The position numbers were made by a program, and so were the translations under genes. The notes below the pieces were generated by a model. It was not told the DNA's origin. It worked only from the letters and a program-made list of their open reading frames with translations, and searched no databases. DNA of 64,000 nt from Candidatus Zixiibacteriota bacterium (GTDB lineage: Bacteria; Zixibacteria; MSB-5A5; DSPP01): assembly GCA_022614805.1 (NCBI GenBank), contig JAKEHY010000002.1, positions 4,726-68,725 on the forward strand, read 5' to 3'. Positions within the stretch are counted from its first letter, which is position 1, and each line of letters opens with the position of its first letter. Positions 12,605-24,434 of the stretch are shown here, one piece after another.

Positions 12605-12731
12605 TTTTTCTCCTTGTAGTTTGTATCGGCTTTTCGGGCGCCCGGCTTGACCGAAACTTTGGGTCACCCCGGCGGGGGTGGCCGCGTTTGCTTTAAGATT
12701 TGACTGAACCCTACCGATAACAGAAAGGGGT

Positions 12732-13805
12732 ATGCCAAAAATTTTGCACACGGCCGACTTGCGCCTGGGAGCCAAATATTTGGGGCTGGGAAAAGCGGGG
12801 GACAAAGTCCGCGCCCAGCTCAAGCGCGCCTGGACGGCCATCGTCGAGACGGCCTTGGCCGAAAAAGTGGACGCCGTGGTCGTGGCCGGCGGGCTTTTCG
12901 ATTCTTCCGAGGTCTCACGTCCCGCCGTGGAATTCGTTTTGAAGGAAATCGCCCGACTGGGAAAAATTCCGGTGGTAGTGGTGCCGGGCCTGCGCGACCA
13001 CCTGGGAAAAGGCTCCCTTTACTACCACTTCGACCTTATTGACCGCCCGGAAAACCTTTTTCCCCTGACCTCGGCGGATGAAACGCTGGAACTGAAGGAA
13101 CTGGGGTTGACCATTTTGGCAGGCCCGACCACCGGACCGAAATCGAAGGAATCGCCCCTGGCCGGCGTCGAAGCCCCCGCAGGTGGACTTTCGGTCGTGG
13201 TCGCATCCGGCATCTGGGAGGGGGTCAACCATCCCGTAACCGAAACCGACATTGGCAAAACCGGCGCCACCTACGCCGCCCTGGGGGGGCTTCCCGCTTT
13301 CAAAAGCGGTTCGGCGAAAAAAACCGCCTACGCTTTCTCCGGTCCGCCGGAAGCGCAGGACTTCAACACCACCGATTCCGCCGGCGTGGTGCTTGTCGAT
13401 TTGGAGAAAAAGCCGGTGGAGCTCACCTTCCTCCCCTTGGGGGTTTTGGTCTGGAAGGAAATCACGATTGGCGACCCGGAAAGTTTGGCGGAGCTTTTGG
13501 AAAAAGAAAAGGGGGAAAACCGGCTTTTGCGGGTCAAACTGGCCGGCGAAAGAAAACCGGCCTGGTTCGACGTGGAAGAGACACTCAATGAGTACAGGGA
13601 CAAATTTCTGTTCCTCACGCTTTCGGACGAAAGAAAGTTCGCGCGGGAATTCAAGAAATACCCTCGTCAGACGGTGGCCGGGCAGTTTTTGCATCTGGCG
13701 GAGGAGCAGTTGAAAAAAGCGACGGCCGAAGAAAAAACGTTGTATCAGGAAGTTCTGGACCTGGGGCTTTCGCTGGCCGCCGGCCCGGTGGGGGAGAAAA
13801 AGTAG
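12732..13805 (+). CDS. SbcD/Mre11/YhaO-like metallophosphoesterase-fold protein with degenerate active site
   Basis: ILHTADLRLG, AGGLFD, PGLRD, ALGGLP, SGPPE occupy the positions of the Mre11 motifs, but the ligands are substituted. Confidence 0.8.
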   Translation: MPKILHTADLRLGAKYLGLGKAGDKVRAQLKRAWTAIVETALAEKVDAVVVAGGLFDSSEVSRPAVEFVLKEIARLGKIPVVVVPGLRDHLGKGSLYYHFDLIDRPENLFPLTSADETLELKELGLTILAGPTTGPKSKESPLAGVEAPAGGLSVVVASGIWEGVNHPVTETDIGKTGATYAALGGLPAFKSGSAKKTAYAFSGPPEAQDFNTTDSAGVVLVDLEKKPVELTFLPLGVLVWKEITIGDPESLAELLEKEKGENRLLRVKLAGERKPAWFDVEETLNEYRDKFLFLTLSDERKFAREFKKYPRQTVAGQFLHLAEEQLKKATAEEKTLYQEVLDLGLSLAAGPVGEKK

Positions 13806-13808
13806 GCG

Positions 13809-15860
13809 ATGAAAATAGAACGCTGCGAAATCAAACGCTTCGGCAAGCTGAAAAACTTCAAGGCCGAGTTCGCCCCCGGGCTGAATCTGGTCAAAGGGGC
13901 CAACGAGGCGGGCAAATCGACTTTGGTCGAGGCTTTGGGGGCCGGGCTTTTCGACGACCCCCAGAACGTCAGCCGCGAGGTCAGGGAAAAAACCAGCTGG
14001 GGCTCGGACAAAAAATTCGAACTGGTGCTGGAATTGGCGGACGGCGACGAACGCTGGCAACTCTCCAAAGATTTCGAAAAGGGGGAAGTCAAGCTTGAAA
14101 AGACCGGTTCCCGCGAAAGCTGGGACCGCCTCTCCGAAGTGGACGAGGTTTTGTCCAAGCATCTCGGGCTGGCTAAAAAGGAATTATATTTGTCCACCTC
14201 CTTCATCCGGCAGGGGGAGCTGGCGCTCATTTCCGAAAATCCGCGCATCTGGCGGGAAAAGCTGGAGGAAGCGATAACCGGCAGCAACGAACAGGTTTTG
14301 GCGCAGGCCGTGGCCGCCAAGCTGGCCGCCCGCCTGGCCCGGTTCGGAGAGGAAGGGGAACTGGGGGCTTCCCGGCAATTCAAAAAGGAAGTGGAATACC
14401 AGCTCTCGCTGGTGACCGAAGAGGTCAAGACACTTTTGGCCAACCGCACCGATTTGGCGGAGATTGAAAAAACCTACGTCGACGTTTTCCGGCAGTCCGA
14501 GGACTTGAAAAAAAGAATTGAGGCCTCCCGCCAGCCTCCTCCCACCGAAGGGGAGCTGGCGCTTTTGGAAGAAAAGGTCACCAACCTGACGGCCCGGTTG
14601 AAAAACCTGGACGAGACCGAAAAAACGGTCAAGGAACTGCGCGAGGAGGCCGCTCGCGGAGGGGACGTTTCCCGCGAGGATATCGCCCGGCTGGATGAAG
14701 TCGAAAGCCGGATGCGGCTTTTGGAAGTGGAGCAGGGGGACCTGGAACCGGGCGGCCCGGATGCCTCTCGTTACCCCAGCCCCCTTCCCATCTTAACCGG
14801 ACTGGGTCTCACCTTCGCCTGCATCGCCGCCGCCTTCTTTTACAGCAAGGCCTGGTGGCTCGGAGCGGTAGCGGGGTTGATATGGTCGGCGATGTCGGTT
14901 TTTTCCTTTCTGAAAAAAGTACAGGATGCGGCCCGGAAGCAGCTGGAAACCGGAGGCTCTTCCGGAAAAAAAGAGCGGGTCGTCGGCGAGCTGGAAAAGT
15001 TGCAGCGGAACGTAAACGAGCTTTTGGCCCGCTACCGGGTCACCACCGCTTCGGCCCTGCGGGAGCGGGCGGAGGCTTCGCGCGAGCGGGCCCAAAAGAT
15101 AACTGAAGCCACCCTCCGCTACGAGAACCTTCTGGGGGGGCACTCCCGCCCCGAACTGGAGGCGGACCTGACCGCCACCAAAGAGCGGCTGGCCCGGCTG
15201 CAGGAAAAACCGGCCAAAAAGCACGACTCGGAGGACCTGGAAGTCTTGGAGGAGCGGCTTTTGGCCATCGAGGAGGAGCGCCGCAATTTGGAAACGGCCC
15301 GCAACGCCATCGCCCGCCGCATCGAACAAAGCGAGGACGGGGTGGAACTGAAGGTGGCTTTGGAAGAGCGGCTGGAGGAGGAAAACAAAAAAATTGCGGC
15401 GCTGGAACGGAAGCTCATTGTCTGCTTGAAATCCTACGAGCTCTGGGAAGAGGCCCGGAAGCGGGTTTTGACCGGCGCCGCCGACGTTTTGGATGAGGAG
15501 GTTTCCAAACAACTGACGGAAATCACTGGCGGAGGCTACCCCAAAGCCCGATTTGACAAGGAGAATTTAAACTTTGAAGTTTATTCCGAAGAAAAGCAGG
15601 AATACGTCAATCCGCACAAAATCCTTTCCGCCGGTGTACGCGACCAGCTTTATCTGGCCGCCCGGCTGGCGTTGTTGAAGTTCATTTTCCCGGACCAAAA
15701 GCCGGTTTTGATTTTGGACGACCCCTTCGGCAATTTCGACCCCTCCCGCCGCCAGAAAGCCGGGGAGCTTCTGGTCAAATTGGCTACTGAATATCAGATT
15801 CTGCTTTTAACCTCGCAGGACTACTTCGACCACCTCTCCGCCTCCAAAATCGAACTGTAA
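13809..15860 (+). CDS. Rad50/SbcC/YhaN-like coiled-coil ABC ATPase with two central TM helices
   Basis: Walker A GANEAGKST, Q-loop FIRQG, LSAG signature, ILDDPF, hydrophobic hairpin mid-protein. Confidence 0.85.
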   Translation: MKIERCEIKRFGKLKNFKAEFAPGLNLVKGANEAGKSTLVEALGAGLFDDPQNVSREVREKTSWGSDKKFELVLELADGDERWQLSKDFEKGEVKLEKTGSRESWDRLSEVDEVLSKHLGLAKKELYLSTSFIRQGELALISENPRIWREKLEEAITGSNEQVLAQAVAAKLAARLARFGEEGELGASRQFKKEVEYQLSLVTEEVKTLLANRTDLAEIEKTYVDVFRQSEDLKKRIEASRQPPPTEGELALLEEKVTNLTARLKNLDETEKTVKELREEAARGGDVSREDIARLDEVESRMRLLEVEQGDLEPGGPDASRYPSPLPILTGLGLTFACIAAAFFYSKAWWLGAVAGLIWSAMSVFSFLKKVQDAARKQLETGGSSGKKERVVGELEKLQRNVNELLARYRVTTASALRERAEASRERAQKITEATLRYENLLGGHSRPELEADLTATKERLARLQEKPAKKHDSEDLEVLEERLLAIEEERRNLETARNAIARRIEQSEDGVELKVALEERLEEENKKIAALERKLIVCLKSYELWEEARKRVLTGAADVLDEEVSKQLTEITGGGYPKARFDKENLNFEVYSEEKQEYVNPHKILSAGVRDQLYLAARLALLKFIFPDQKPVLILDDPFGNFDPSRRQKAGELLVKLATEYQILLLTSQDYFDHLSASKIEL

Positions 15861-16033
15861 CATCAAGCACTCCGTCTTTACGCTGTAGCTCCTATTTATA
15901 AGTATTGTTGTCATCAAGAGATTATTCGCTATATTATTTTTGTGATTATTGTTATTTTGAGCAATTCGCACAGCATAAGCGTCATATACCAAAGCACCAT
16001 CCAAATTGATGACAAACAAAGGGAAAATTAGTT

Positions 16034-16603
16034 GTGGCCGTTGACCATTATTCGAAGGAGTGGGCTTATTTTTTATTAAAAGATTACGCGCAAGCTCTCA
16101 CACATCTTGAAAAGGCTGTAGAGAAAAGCCCCGAAGATGGAGAAATATGGTTTTTCATCGGTTATTGCCAGGAAAGGTTGGGCAACTACCAAGAAGCAGA
16201 AATAGCTTATCAGCATGTGATTCAAACAAAATCGCACATAATATGGACGCACGCCGCACACTTTTGCTTAGGTTTTACGAATGAAAACCTTGGCCGCTAT
16301 GACAAATCTATTGAAGCCTACAAACAGGCCATCAAAATCAATCCCGAATATGCAAAAGCGTATCAAAACTTGGCAGTAGCCTATACCAAACTTAACCGTT
16401 TTCAGGAGGCATTTGAGGCTACCACGCAAGCAATTCGCCTCGACTCAAAAAACATCGAGGCACATTACCTTCGTGGTTTGATGTCTCTGATACTTGGTAG
16501 CATTAATATAGCACTCGAAGAACATCAAATACTCAAAATGCTCGACCAAAAGATGGCTCTCGAACTCCTAAATGCGATAAACAAAACTAAGAAACCTGCG
16601 TGA
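16034..16603 (+). CDS. TPR repeat protein
   Basis: TPR pattern (A..AY.QAI.INPEYA.AY.NL); AT-rich codon usage. Confidence 0.8.
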   Translation: MAVDHYSKEWAYFLLKDYAQALTHLEKAVEKSPEDGEIWFFIGYCQERLGNYQEAEIAYQHVIQTKSHIIWTHAAHFCLGFTNENLGRYDKSIEAYKQAIKINPEYAKAYQNLAVAYTKLNRFQEAFEATTQAIRLDSKNIEAHYLRGLMSLILGSINIALEEHQILKMLDQKMALELLNAINKTKKPA

Positions 16604-17136
16604 CCAAAGAATATCTTGCAAGAAAGAAATTGCTATATAAGCTCTGCGTTGCAAAATCAGATATAACTTCCGCTATGACTGCGTGTAAGTATCTTATCTC
16701 ATCCGTAAAAAACACCGACGATCCGCTTTATTTACCTTTACTGAATGCAATAATTGTCTGTTATTCAAGGCCTTTTACCAATAACAAACCGCTGGGCTCT
16801 CTACCAAGAAAATGGCATAAATTCGGCGGACAAAAGCACCGGACTATTCATGGGACTTTGCTTACGTTTCGCCACAAGATAATCGCCCACAGTGACCTGA
16901 AATATCGTCCAGTATTTATATACCCACCAGGAACGCTGCCATCCATCGCCGGTGCAATTACTGCCGGACTCAAAATTACTGTTGTAGATAAGCGTTTGCC
17001 ACTCTACTTTTTTCCTGAAATCCTTAAAATGTGCCTCAATCTTGTAAATCGCCTCGATATTGAAATACAAAAGCAAGTCCAGTCATTATTTGATATTCAA
17101 AGCCTCTCCGCCAAAAAATTTGAGCTTATCTTTTAA
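16600..17136 (+). CDS. Hypothetical protein, HEPN-like
   Basis: Helical protein with RHKIIAH (Rx5H) motif; GTGA overlap with TPR gene. Confidence 0.6.
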   Translation: MTKEYLARKKLLYKLCVAKSDITSAMTACKYLISSVKNTDDPLYLPLLNAIIVCYSRPFTNNKPLGSLPRKWHKFGGQKHRTIHGTLLTFRHKIIAHSDLKYRPVFIYPPGTLPSIAGAITAGLKITVVDKRLPLYFFPEILKMCLNLVNRLDIEIQKQVQSLFDIQSLSAKKFELIF

Positions 17137-17204
17137 TTCCCTTCATTTGAGGGAAAAGGACTCCCCCTTGCCAATCCCTGCTCGTTTGCTACCTTTGGTA
17201 TGAA

Positions 17205-19421
17205 ATGAAAGAACCAGAAGTAAACATCGCTTTGGCCAAAAAGCTGGGGCTGACGGAGGAGGAATATCAAAAAATTCAGGGCTTTTTGGGGCGGATGCCG
17301 ACCTACACCGAACTGGGGATTTACGCCGTGATGTGGTCAGAGCATTGTTCCTACAAAAACTCGATTGCGCTCTTGAAAACCCTCCCGCGCGAAGGGTCGG
17401 CTTTGGTGGCCAAGGCGGGGGAGGAAAATGCCGGCGCCGTGGTGCTGGATGAGGAGCGCGTAATCGTCTTCAAAATCGAAAGCCACAACCACCCCTCCGC
17501 CGTGGAGCCGTATCAGGGCGCCGCCACCGGGGTGGGGGGTATTCTGCGGGATGTTTTTACAATGGGCGCCCGCCCGATTGCCGCTTTGAACTCGCTCCGG
17601 TTTGGAAATCTGGGCGACCCGCGCGTCCGCTATCTTTTGGACGGCGTGGTCCGCGGCATCAGCGACTACGGCAACTCCTTCGGCGTCCCCACTGTGGCCG
17701 GGGAAGTTTATTTCGAGGACTGCTACACCGGCAACCCGCTGGTCAACGCTATGGCCGTCGGCTTGGCCAAACGGGGGCGGCTGGTGCGGGCCATTGCCAC
17801 AGGGGTTGGCAATCCGGTTTTCATCGTCGGTTCCTCGACCGGACGGGACGGCATTCACGGCGCCTCTTTTGCCTCCAAGGAAATTACGGATGAGTCGGAG
17901 GAAGACCGTCCCTCCGTCCAGATTGGCGACCCTTTTACGGAGAAGTTGTTGCTGGAAGCCTCGCTGGAAATCATCAAAAAGGATTTGATTGTCGGTATGC
18001 AGGATATGGGGGCCGCCGGGCTGACCTGCTCCACTTCCGAAATGGCCGCCAAGGGGAAAGCCGGTATCGAAATCGACCTGGACAAAGTTCCCCTCCGGGA
18101 AAAGGGAATGACCCCGTATGAGATAATGCTTTCTGAATCGCAGGAACGGATGCTGGTAATCGGCAAAAAAGGGAGGGAAGTTGAAATCCGAGAGGTTTTT
18201 GAAAAATGGGATTTGAATTGCGTTCAAATCGGCGAAGTGACCGACACCGGCCGGGTGGTGGTGAAATTTCTGGGCCGAGTGGCGGCTGATATTCCGGCGG
18301 AAAGTTTGGTTTTGGGTGGCGGCGCGCCGGTTTATAACCCGCCCCGCAAGAAACCAACCTATCTCGAAAACGGCGTCAAAAGCGTCAAAACCCCCGACCC
18401 GCCGAAAGATTTGGGAAAAGTGCTTCTCGATTTGCTCGCTTCTCCCAACATCGCTTCCAAGCGCTGGGTTTTTCAGCAATATGACTCAACCGTCCGCACC
18501 AATACGGTCTTCGGCCCCGGCTACGACGCTGCCCTGTTGCGCATCCGCGGCTCTAAAAAAGGAATTGCCGTCAAAACCGACTGCAACGCCCGCTATTGTT
18601 ATTTGGACCCCCGCCGGGGGGCTGCCATTGCCGTTTGCGAGGCGGCCCGCAACGTGGTGGCGGTCGGAGCCAAACCGATGGCCATCACCAACTGCTTGAA
18701 CTTCGGCAATCCCGGAGACCCGGAGGTGTACTGGACCTTTGCCGAAGCGATTGCCGGAATGGGGGAGGCCTGCCGGGCTTTGGAAACGCCGGTCACCGGC
18801 GGCAACGTCAGCTTTTACAACGAAGACCCGACCCGAATGGTCTATCCCACCCCGGTGATTGGGATGCTTGGAATTCTGGATGACATCGACAAAGCCACCT
18901 CCTCCCACTTTCAGACCGAAGGAAATTGGGTTTATTTGGTTGGCGAGACCAAACCGGAAACCGGCGGCTCGGAATACATGAAGGTTCTGACCGGACAAGT
19001 TGCGGGCGTTGTGCCCACGCTCGATTTGAAAACTGAAAAGAAAATTCAGGCTTTCGTTTTGAATCAGATAAGCGCAGGAATAATGGAATCCTGCCACGAC
19101 GTTTCCGACGGCGGTCTGGGTGTCGCTTTGGCCGAAATGTGCATCGGCAACCAAGAAAGAAAGTTCGGGTTTGCACTTGAAGCCAAGCCAACCCTCCGGC
19201 CCGACCTGTTTTTGTTTTCCGAGTCCCAGTCCCGCTTTGTCGTAGAAATTAAACCCCAACTGACCTACAAGCTTGAAGAAGCTGTCAAAAAAGAAAATAT
19301 TCCGCTTTTGAAATTGGGAACGGTGGGCGGGACAGAATTCATGTTCTCCCCCCACTTTCACCTTTCTATCGAAGAGTTTAGCAATGCCTACTTTAACTCA
19401 ATCGAAACCAAAATCGGCTGA
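17205..19421 (+). CDS. purL: Phosphoribosylformylglycinamidine synthase subunit PurL
   Basis: [31 protein letters not shown]. Confidence 0.97.
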   Translation: MKEPEVNIALAKKLGLTEEEYQKIQGFLGRMPTYTELGIYAVMWSEHCSYKNSIALLKTLPREGSALVAKAGEENAGAVVLDEERVIVFKIESHNHPSAVEPYQGAATGVGGILRDVFTMGARPIAALNSLRFGNLGDPRVRYLLDGVVRGISDYGNSFGVPTVAGEVYFEDCYTGNPLVNAMAVGLAKRGRLVRAIATGVGNPVFIVGSSTGRDGIHGASFASKEITDESEEDRPSVQIGDPFTEKLLLEASLEIIKKDLIVGMQDMGAAGLTCSTSEMAAKGKAGIEIDLDKVPLREKGMTPYEIMLSESQERMLVIGKKGREVEIREVFEKWDLNCVQIGEVTDTGRVVVKFLGRVAADIPAESLVLGGGAPVYNPPRKKPTYLENGVKSVKTPDPPKDLGKVLLDLLASPNIASKRWVFQQYDSTVRTNTVFGPGYDAALLRIRGSKKGIAVKTDCNARYCYLDPRRGAAIAVCEAARNVVAVGAKPMAITNCLNFGNPGDPEVYWTFAEAIAGMGEACRALETPVTGGNVSFYNEDPTRMVYPTPVIGMLGILDDIDKATSSHFQTEGNWVYLVGETKPETGGSEYMKVLTGQVAGVVPTLDLKTEKKIQAFVLNQISAGIMESCHDVSDGGLGVALAEMCIGNQERKFGFALEAKPTLRPDLFLFSESQSRFVVEIKPQLTYKLEEAVKKENIPLLKLGTVGGTEFMFSPHFHLSIEEFSNAYFNSIETKIG

Positions 19422-21081
19422 AACCGGCTATCGGCCGCTAAAAGCGCCGCGCGGCAACAAGCTTTCCTGCAAAGGGTGGCATCAGGAGGCGGCCTTGCGG
19501 ATGCTGATGAATAACCTCGACCCCGAGGTCGCCGAAAACCCCCGGGAACTTGTGGTCTACGGCGGCCGGGGAAAAGCGGCCCGAGACTGGCGCTCCTTTT
19601 GGGGCATCGTCGAAAGCTTGAAAAAACTGGAAAACGACGAAACCCTCCTGGTGCAGTCCGGTAAGCCGGTGGGCATTGCCAAAACGCACAATTGGGCTCC
19701 CCGCGTTCTAATCGCCAATTCCAATTTGGTTCCGGCCTGGGCCACGCCGGAAAAGTTTCGCGAACTGGAGGAATTGGGTTTGATAATGTTCGGCCAGATG
19801 ACCGCCGGCAGCTGGATTTACATCGGCACCCAGGGGATTTTACAGGGAACTTACGAGACCTTTGCCTCACTCGCGGCCGCCCACTTCGACGGTGATTTGT
19901 CCGGCCGCTTGGTTCTGACTGGCGGGCTGGGGGGAATGGGGGGCGCCCAGCCTTTGGCGATTACGATGAATGGCGGCGTGGCGTTGTGTGTGGAAGTGGA
20001 CCCGGAGCGCATCCGGAAACGATTGGATACAAAGTATCTCGACCTTAAGGCCGATAATTTGGACCACGCCATCCAGCTGGCCGAAAAGACCCGCAAAGAG
20101 AAAAAACCGCTCTCCATCGGTGTTTTGGGCAACTGTGCCGAAGTTTTGCCGGAACTCTTGCGTCGCAGCTTCCAGCCGGACGTGGTGACCGACCAGACCT
20201 CGGCCCACGACGAACTCTACGGCTACGTTCCCGCCACGCTCGCACTCGAGGAAGCCCGCGCCCTTCGCAAAACCAACCCGCAACAGTATATCCGCTTGGC
20301 CTACGAATCGATGGCAGCACACTGCACGGTGATGCTCGGCTTTCTGAAACGGGGTTCGGTGGTTTTTGACTACGGCAATAATCTCCGCGGTCAGGCGAAA
20401 AAGGCCGGCATCGAGAATGCCTTCGACTACCCCGGCTTTGTCCCCGCCTACATCCGCCCCCTCTTTTGCGAAGGGAAAGGCCCCTTCCGCTGGGCCGCCC
20501 TTTCCGGCCAGCCGCAGGATATTTACGCAACCGACGAGTTGGTCTTGAAAACCTTTCCGAAAAACAAGCCCCTGGCCCGCTGGATAAAACTGGCCAGGGA
20601 GAAGGTGCAATTTCAGGGCCTCCCCGCCCGTATCTGCTGGCTGGGTCTGGGAGAACGGGCCGCCTTCGGCGAAAAAATGAACTTTCTCGTTCGCAAAAGG
20701 AAAATCACAGCTCCCATCGTCATTGGCCGCGACCATCTGGACGCCGGCTCGGTCGCCTCTCCCTACCGGGAAACGGAGGCGATGCGGGACGGCTCGGATG
20801 CCATTGCCGACTGGCCGATTCTAAATGCCCTCTTGAACGCCGTCTCCGGTGCCTCCTGGGTCTCCCTCCACCACGGCGGCGGGGTCGGCATTGGGCTTTC
20901 GATTCACGCCGGTCAGGTGATTGTGGCCGACGGCACCAAGGAAATGGATGTCCGGTTGAACCGGGTTTTGACCAACGACCCCCTTTCCGGAGTCTTCCGC
21001 CACGCCGACGCCGGCTACCAAGAGGCCTGGGCGACGGCCCAAAAGTGGAAAGCCAAAATTCCCCTGGCCCCGAAAAAGTAA
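19384..21081 (+). CDS. hutU: Urocanate hydratase
   Basis: [40 protein letters not shown]. Confidence 0.97.
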   Translation: MPTLTQSKPKSAETGYRPLKAPRGNKLSCKGWHQEAALRMLMNNLDPEVAENPRELVVYGGRGKAARDWRSFWGIVESLKKLENDETLLVQSGKPVGIAKTHNWAPRVLIANSNLVPAWATPEKFRELEELGLIMFGQMTAGSWIYIGTQGILQGTYETFASLAAAHFDGDLSGRLVLTGGLGGMGGAQPLAITMNGGVALCVEVDPERIRKRLDTKYLDLKADNLDHAIQLAEKTRKEKKPLSIGVLGNCAEVLPELLRRSFQPDVVTDQTSAHDELYGYVPATLALEEARALRKTNPQQYIRLAYESMAAHCTVMLGFLKRGSVVFDYGNNLRGQAKKAGIENAFDYPGFVPAYIRPLFCEGKGPFRWAALSGQPQDIYATDELVLKTFPKNKPLARWIKLAREKVQFQGLPARICWLGLGERAAFGEKMNFLVRKRKITAPIVIGRDHLDAGSVASPYRETEAMRDGSDAIADWPILNALLNAVSGASWVSLHHGGGVGIGLSIHAGQVIVADGTKEMDVRLNRVLTNDPLSGVFRHADAGYQEAWATAQKWKAKIPLAPKK

Positions 21082-21112
21082 ATCCGTTCCCCGCTCGGCC
21101 GATAAAATCAAG

Positions 21113-21904
21113 GTGAGCCCGCACGCCGGCATTTACAAAAACCCCCGCTGGTACGATATCGCTTTCAGCTTCCGCAACATCAAGAAAGAATGCGATTTCT
21201 TGACCGCTTGCGTCAAAAAGTTTTCCGGCCGAAAGCTTTCTTCCGTGGTGGAAATGGCCGCCGGCCCCGCTTCCCACTCCATTGAGTTCGGCCGCCGCGG
21301 CCTGACGGTCTATGCCTTGGACAAATCGGCGGAAATGCTCGCCTATGCTCGTCAAAAAGCGAAAACGGAGAAAAGTCGGGTGCATTTCCTGAAAAAGGAT
21401 ATGCGCCGTTTCTGGCTGCCCCGAAAAGTGGATCTGGCCCTTTCGATGATGGACTCGCTCACCTATCTTTTGACCGACGGGGAAATCCTGACCCACCTTA
21501 AAACGGTGGCAGCTAATCTGAAACCGGAAGGAATTTTCGTTTTGGAGCTGATTCACCCGCGCGATTTTTTTACCCAAAAGGTTTCCTTCGGCCCGGTCTG
21601 GAAGGTCGCCAGAAACGGAACCAAAGTCGTGGTCAACTGGGGGGATTTCACCGACCGCCAGGTTGACCCCCTTTCGCAGGTGGTGCGGGTCTGGGCCGAT
21701 TTGGTGGTGGAAGAAAACGGCAAAAAGTTCCACCTCCGTTCGCTCGCTCCGGAAAGGATGCTGACCTTGTCCGAACTGAAACTTCTGGTGCGCGTCTCCG
21801 GAGTTTTTAAAATCGTCGCCCTTTTGGGGGATTTGGACTTCCGTCAGAAGCTGGACAATTCCCGCCGCTCCTCCCAGATGGTGGCGGTGCTGAAGAAAAT
21901 TTGA
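21113..21904 (+). CDS. Class I SAM-dependent methyltransferase
   Basis: VEMAAGPA, ALDKSAEML, DMRRF, LKPEGIFV. Confidence 0.8.
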   Translation: MSPHAGIYKNPRWYDIAFSFRNIKKECDFLTACVKKFSGRKLSSVVEMAAGPASHSIEFGRRGLTVYALDKSAEMLAYARQKAKTEKSRVHFLKKDMRRFWLPRKVDLALSMMDSLTYLLTDGEILTHLKTVAANLKPEGIFVLELIHPRDFFTQKVSFGPVWKVARNGTKVVVNWGDFTDRQVDPLSQVVRVWADLVVEENGKKFHLRSLAPERMLTLSELKLLVRVSGVFKIVALLGDLDFRQKLDNSRRSSQMVAVLKKI

Positions 21905-22046
21905 ACTAAATCGTTCGTTGAGCCGCCGTCAAAATCGAACCGTGAGAAGAAATCTTCGCTGATACAGCTAACTTCCCGGCTGCTCCGAAGTTTCCGGAAA
22001 AATCAGCTTCATCCAAATCACTGCGTCCGTGCCTTTTTTTGCTTAA

Positions 22047-23168
22047 TTACAACCCCTTTTCCCAAATCCGGTATTTTTTGTAGAGCTTGGCGCCCCAGAC
22101 CTCGGCGATGCGGTTCATCATATAGTTGTCCTCCAAAACCCAGGACATTTCCCCCGTCGTGTACCCTTTTTTGACGCCGATGAAATAGGTGTCGGTGGTC
22201 AGCACGTTGTCAATCCCCCGCTTGCGGTACTCCGGAATAATCCCCATCGTAATGGTGCGGCCGGTGGTGATTTTTCTTTTCACCTTGGTGTGCCACCAGA
22301 GCTTGAGAAACCCGAAGGGAAGAAGGCGTCCCTTCAACCGGATTAAGACCTGGTTGATATCCGGCAGGGTGAGGGAAAATCCGACCGGCACTCCGTCCAC
22401 CTCGGCAATGAAAACCAAATCCGGGTCTACCAAGGGCTTCATCTTTTGGGCGGCGTTTTCGAACTCGGCGTCGGTCATCGGCACGAACCCCCAGTTTTTC
22501 TCCCAGGCCTGGTTGTAAATCGCCTTGACGATTTTCACCTCGTCGGCGAAGTTTTTCATCCGCAAATTCCGCACCCGCACCTCTTCTTTTTCTTTCACCT
22601 TTTGGGCCACCCGCACCATCCTTTCCGGGGGACGGTTTTCCTCGTCGGTGATGTAGGCGAAGAGGTCTTTGGCTTTGGAAAATCCCAGTTTTTCCATAAG
22701 CTCGTTGTAATAGGGGGGATTGTAGGTCATCATTATCACCGGCGGATATTCGAATCCCTCCAAAAGAAAGCCGACTTCGTCATTGGTGGAAAAATTGGCC
22801 GGCCCGCGCAAAATTTCCATTTTTTCTTCCTTCGCGGCGGTTTCGACTTTTTCCATCAAGGCGGCGGCCGAGGGCAAATCGTTTTCGCACTCGAAAAAGC
22901 CGAAGAAATAAACTTTTTCGCCGTGAAAGCCGTTATGGGCCTCGTTCAAAATCCCCGCCACCCGGCCGGCCGGTTTTCCGTCGTTGTAGGCCATAAAGTA
23001 GCGCACCCGGGCGTGCTGGAAAAACGGGTTTTCGGCCGGGTTGAAAAAAGCTTTCCGTTCGGCCAGAAGGGGCGGCACCCAGAGGGGGTCGTTTTTATAA
23101 AATTTATAAGGGAATTTTATGAATTCGGAGAGATTGCCCGGCGCCAGTTCCCGGACTTGCACCATCAA
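22047..23168 (-). CDS. Tandem-GNAT protein, bacterial ceramide synthase (bCerS)-like
   Basis: [32 protein letters not shown] motifs; coupled to the spt-like gene. Confidence 0.75.
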   Translation of the reverse strand: MMVQVRELAPGNLSEFIKFPYKFYKNDPLWVPPLLAERKAFFNPAENPFFQHARVRYFMAYNDGKPAGRVAGILNEAHNGFHGEKVYFFGFFECENDLPSAAALMEKVETAAKEEKMEILRGPANFSTNDEVGFLLEGFEYPPVIMMTYNPPYYNELMEKLGFSKAKDLFAYITDEENRPPERMVRVAQKVKEKEEVRVRNLRMKNFADEVKIVKAIYNQAWEKNWGFVPMTDAEFENAAQKMKPLVDPDLVFIAEVDGVPVGFSLTLPDINQVLIRLKGRLLPFGFLKLWWHTKVKRKITTGRTITMGIIPEYRKRGIDNVLTTDTYFIGVKKGYTTGEMSWVLEDNYMMNRIAEVWGAKLYKKYRIWEKGL

Positions 23169-24346
23169 ATAATCCCGAAGGCCTTCCCCAGTTTCTTGAA
23201 GGTCTCCAGGACGAAATCCAACTGGTCGTCCGTATGCGTGGCGGTGTAGCTGGTGCGGATTAAAGCCTTCCCCGGCGGGGTGGCCGGAGAGATGATGGCG
23301 TTGGCGAAAATCCCCTCGTCCAAAAGCGCCCGCCAGAACTTGAAGGCATCCAGGTCCTCCCCGATATAGACCGGCACGATGGGAGTTTCGGTGGCGCCGA
23401 TGTCGAAACCCAAAAGTTTGAACTCTTTGTGCATCCGGCGGGTGATTTCCCAGAGCCTTTCCCGGCGCTCCGGCTCCGATTCGACGATGTCCAGGGCGGC
23501 AAGCACGGCCGCCACGGCGGCGGGGGGGATGGACGCGGAGAAAATCAGTTCGCGCGAAACATGCTTGATGTACTCGATCACCGGGCGCTCGCCGGCGATA
23601 AAGCCCCCCAAAGAGGCGAAGGACTTGGAAAAAGTCCCCATAATCAAATCCACTTCCTCCTCCAGCCCGAAGTGTTCGGCGGTTCCCCGGCCGTGCTTCC
23701 CCAAAACGCCGACGGCGTGGGCGTCGTCCACCAGCAGGCGGGCCTTGTGTTTTTTGGCCAGCTTGACCACTTCCGGAAGCTTGACGATATCCCCTTCCAT
23801 CGAAAAAACGCCGTCTGTCACCACCAGTTTGCCGGCATCGTGGTCGATTTTGGACAGAATCCGGCCCAAATCCTCCATATCGTTGTGGGTGAACTTTATG
23901 GTCTTGCCGAACGACAGCCGGCAGCCATCCACGATGGAGGCGTGGTCGGCCCGGTCGGCAATCACGTAATCCCCCTTGCCGACCAGGGCTGAAATGGAGC
24001 CCAAGTTGGTTTGAAAACCGGTGGAAAATGTGAGGGCGGCTTCCTTTTTCACAAATTTCGCCAGCCGGCGTTCCAGTTCAAGGTGCAAATCGAGCGTGCC
24101 GTTCAAGAACCGGCTCCCCGTGCAGCCGGAGCCGTACTTCAAGGCCGCCTGGGCGGCGGCCTCCTTCACTTTGGGATGGGAGACCAGCCCGAGATAGTTG
24201 TTGGAGCCAATCATCAAAAGCTTTTTCCCGTCCATCATCACCTCCGTGCCCAAAGCCGACGAGATGGGATGAAAATAGGGATAGAGCCCGGCTTTTTGAA
24301 CTTTTTCCGCCCGGGTGTCGTTATAACATTTGGTAAAAAGATCCAT
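23165..24346 (-). CDS. spt: PLP-dependent alpha-oxoamine synthase, likely serine palmitoyltransferase
   Basis: GLYPYF N-terminus, [26 protein letters not shown]. Confidence 0.8.
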   Translation of the reverse strand: MDLFTKCYNDTRAEKVQKAGLYPYFHPISSALGTEVMMDGKKLLMIGSNNYLGLVSHPKVKEAAAQAALKYGSGCTGSRFLNGTLDLHLELERRLAKFVKKEAALTFSTGFQTNLGSISALVGKGDYVIADRADHASIVDGCRLSFGKTIKFTHNDMEDLGRILSKIDHDAGKLVVTDGVFSMEGDIVKLPEVVKLAKKHKARLLVDDAHAVGVLGKHGRGTAEHFGLEEEVDLIMGTFSKSFASLGGFIAGERPVIEYIKHVSRELIFSASIPPAAVAAVLAALDIVESEPERRERLWEITRRMHKEFKLLGFDIGATETPIVPVYIGEDLDAFKFWRALLDEGIFANAIISPATPPGKALIRTSYTATHTDDQLDFVLETFKKLGKAFGII

Positions 24347-24434
24347 ACGCTATCGCTTTTTTTCCTCGCTCCCGTTAATTGAAAGCTTTATCTTAACGGC
24401 TGGCCGAATATATGTCAAGCCAAGCGAAGCGGCA

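Noticed and set aside
19384..19421. 38-nt purL/hutU overlap as programmed recoding
   Set aside because: Both proteins appear complete; a simple overlap or a slightly later hutU start explains it.
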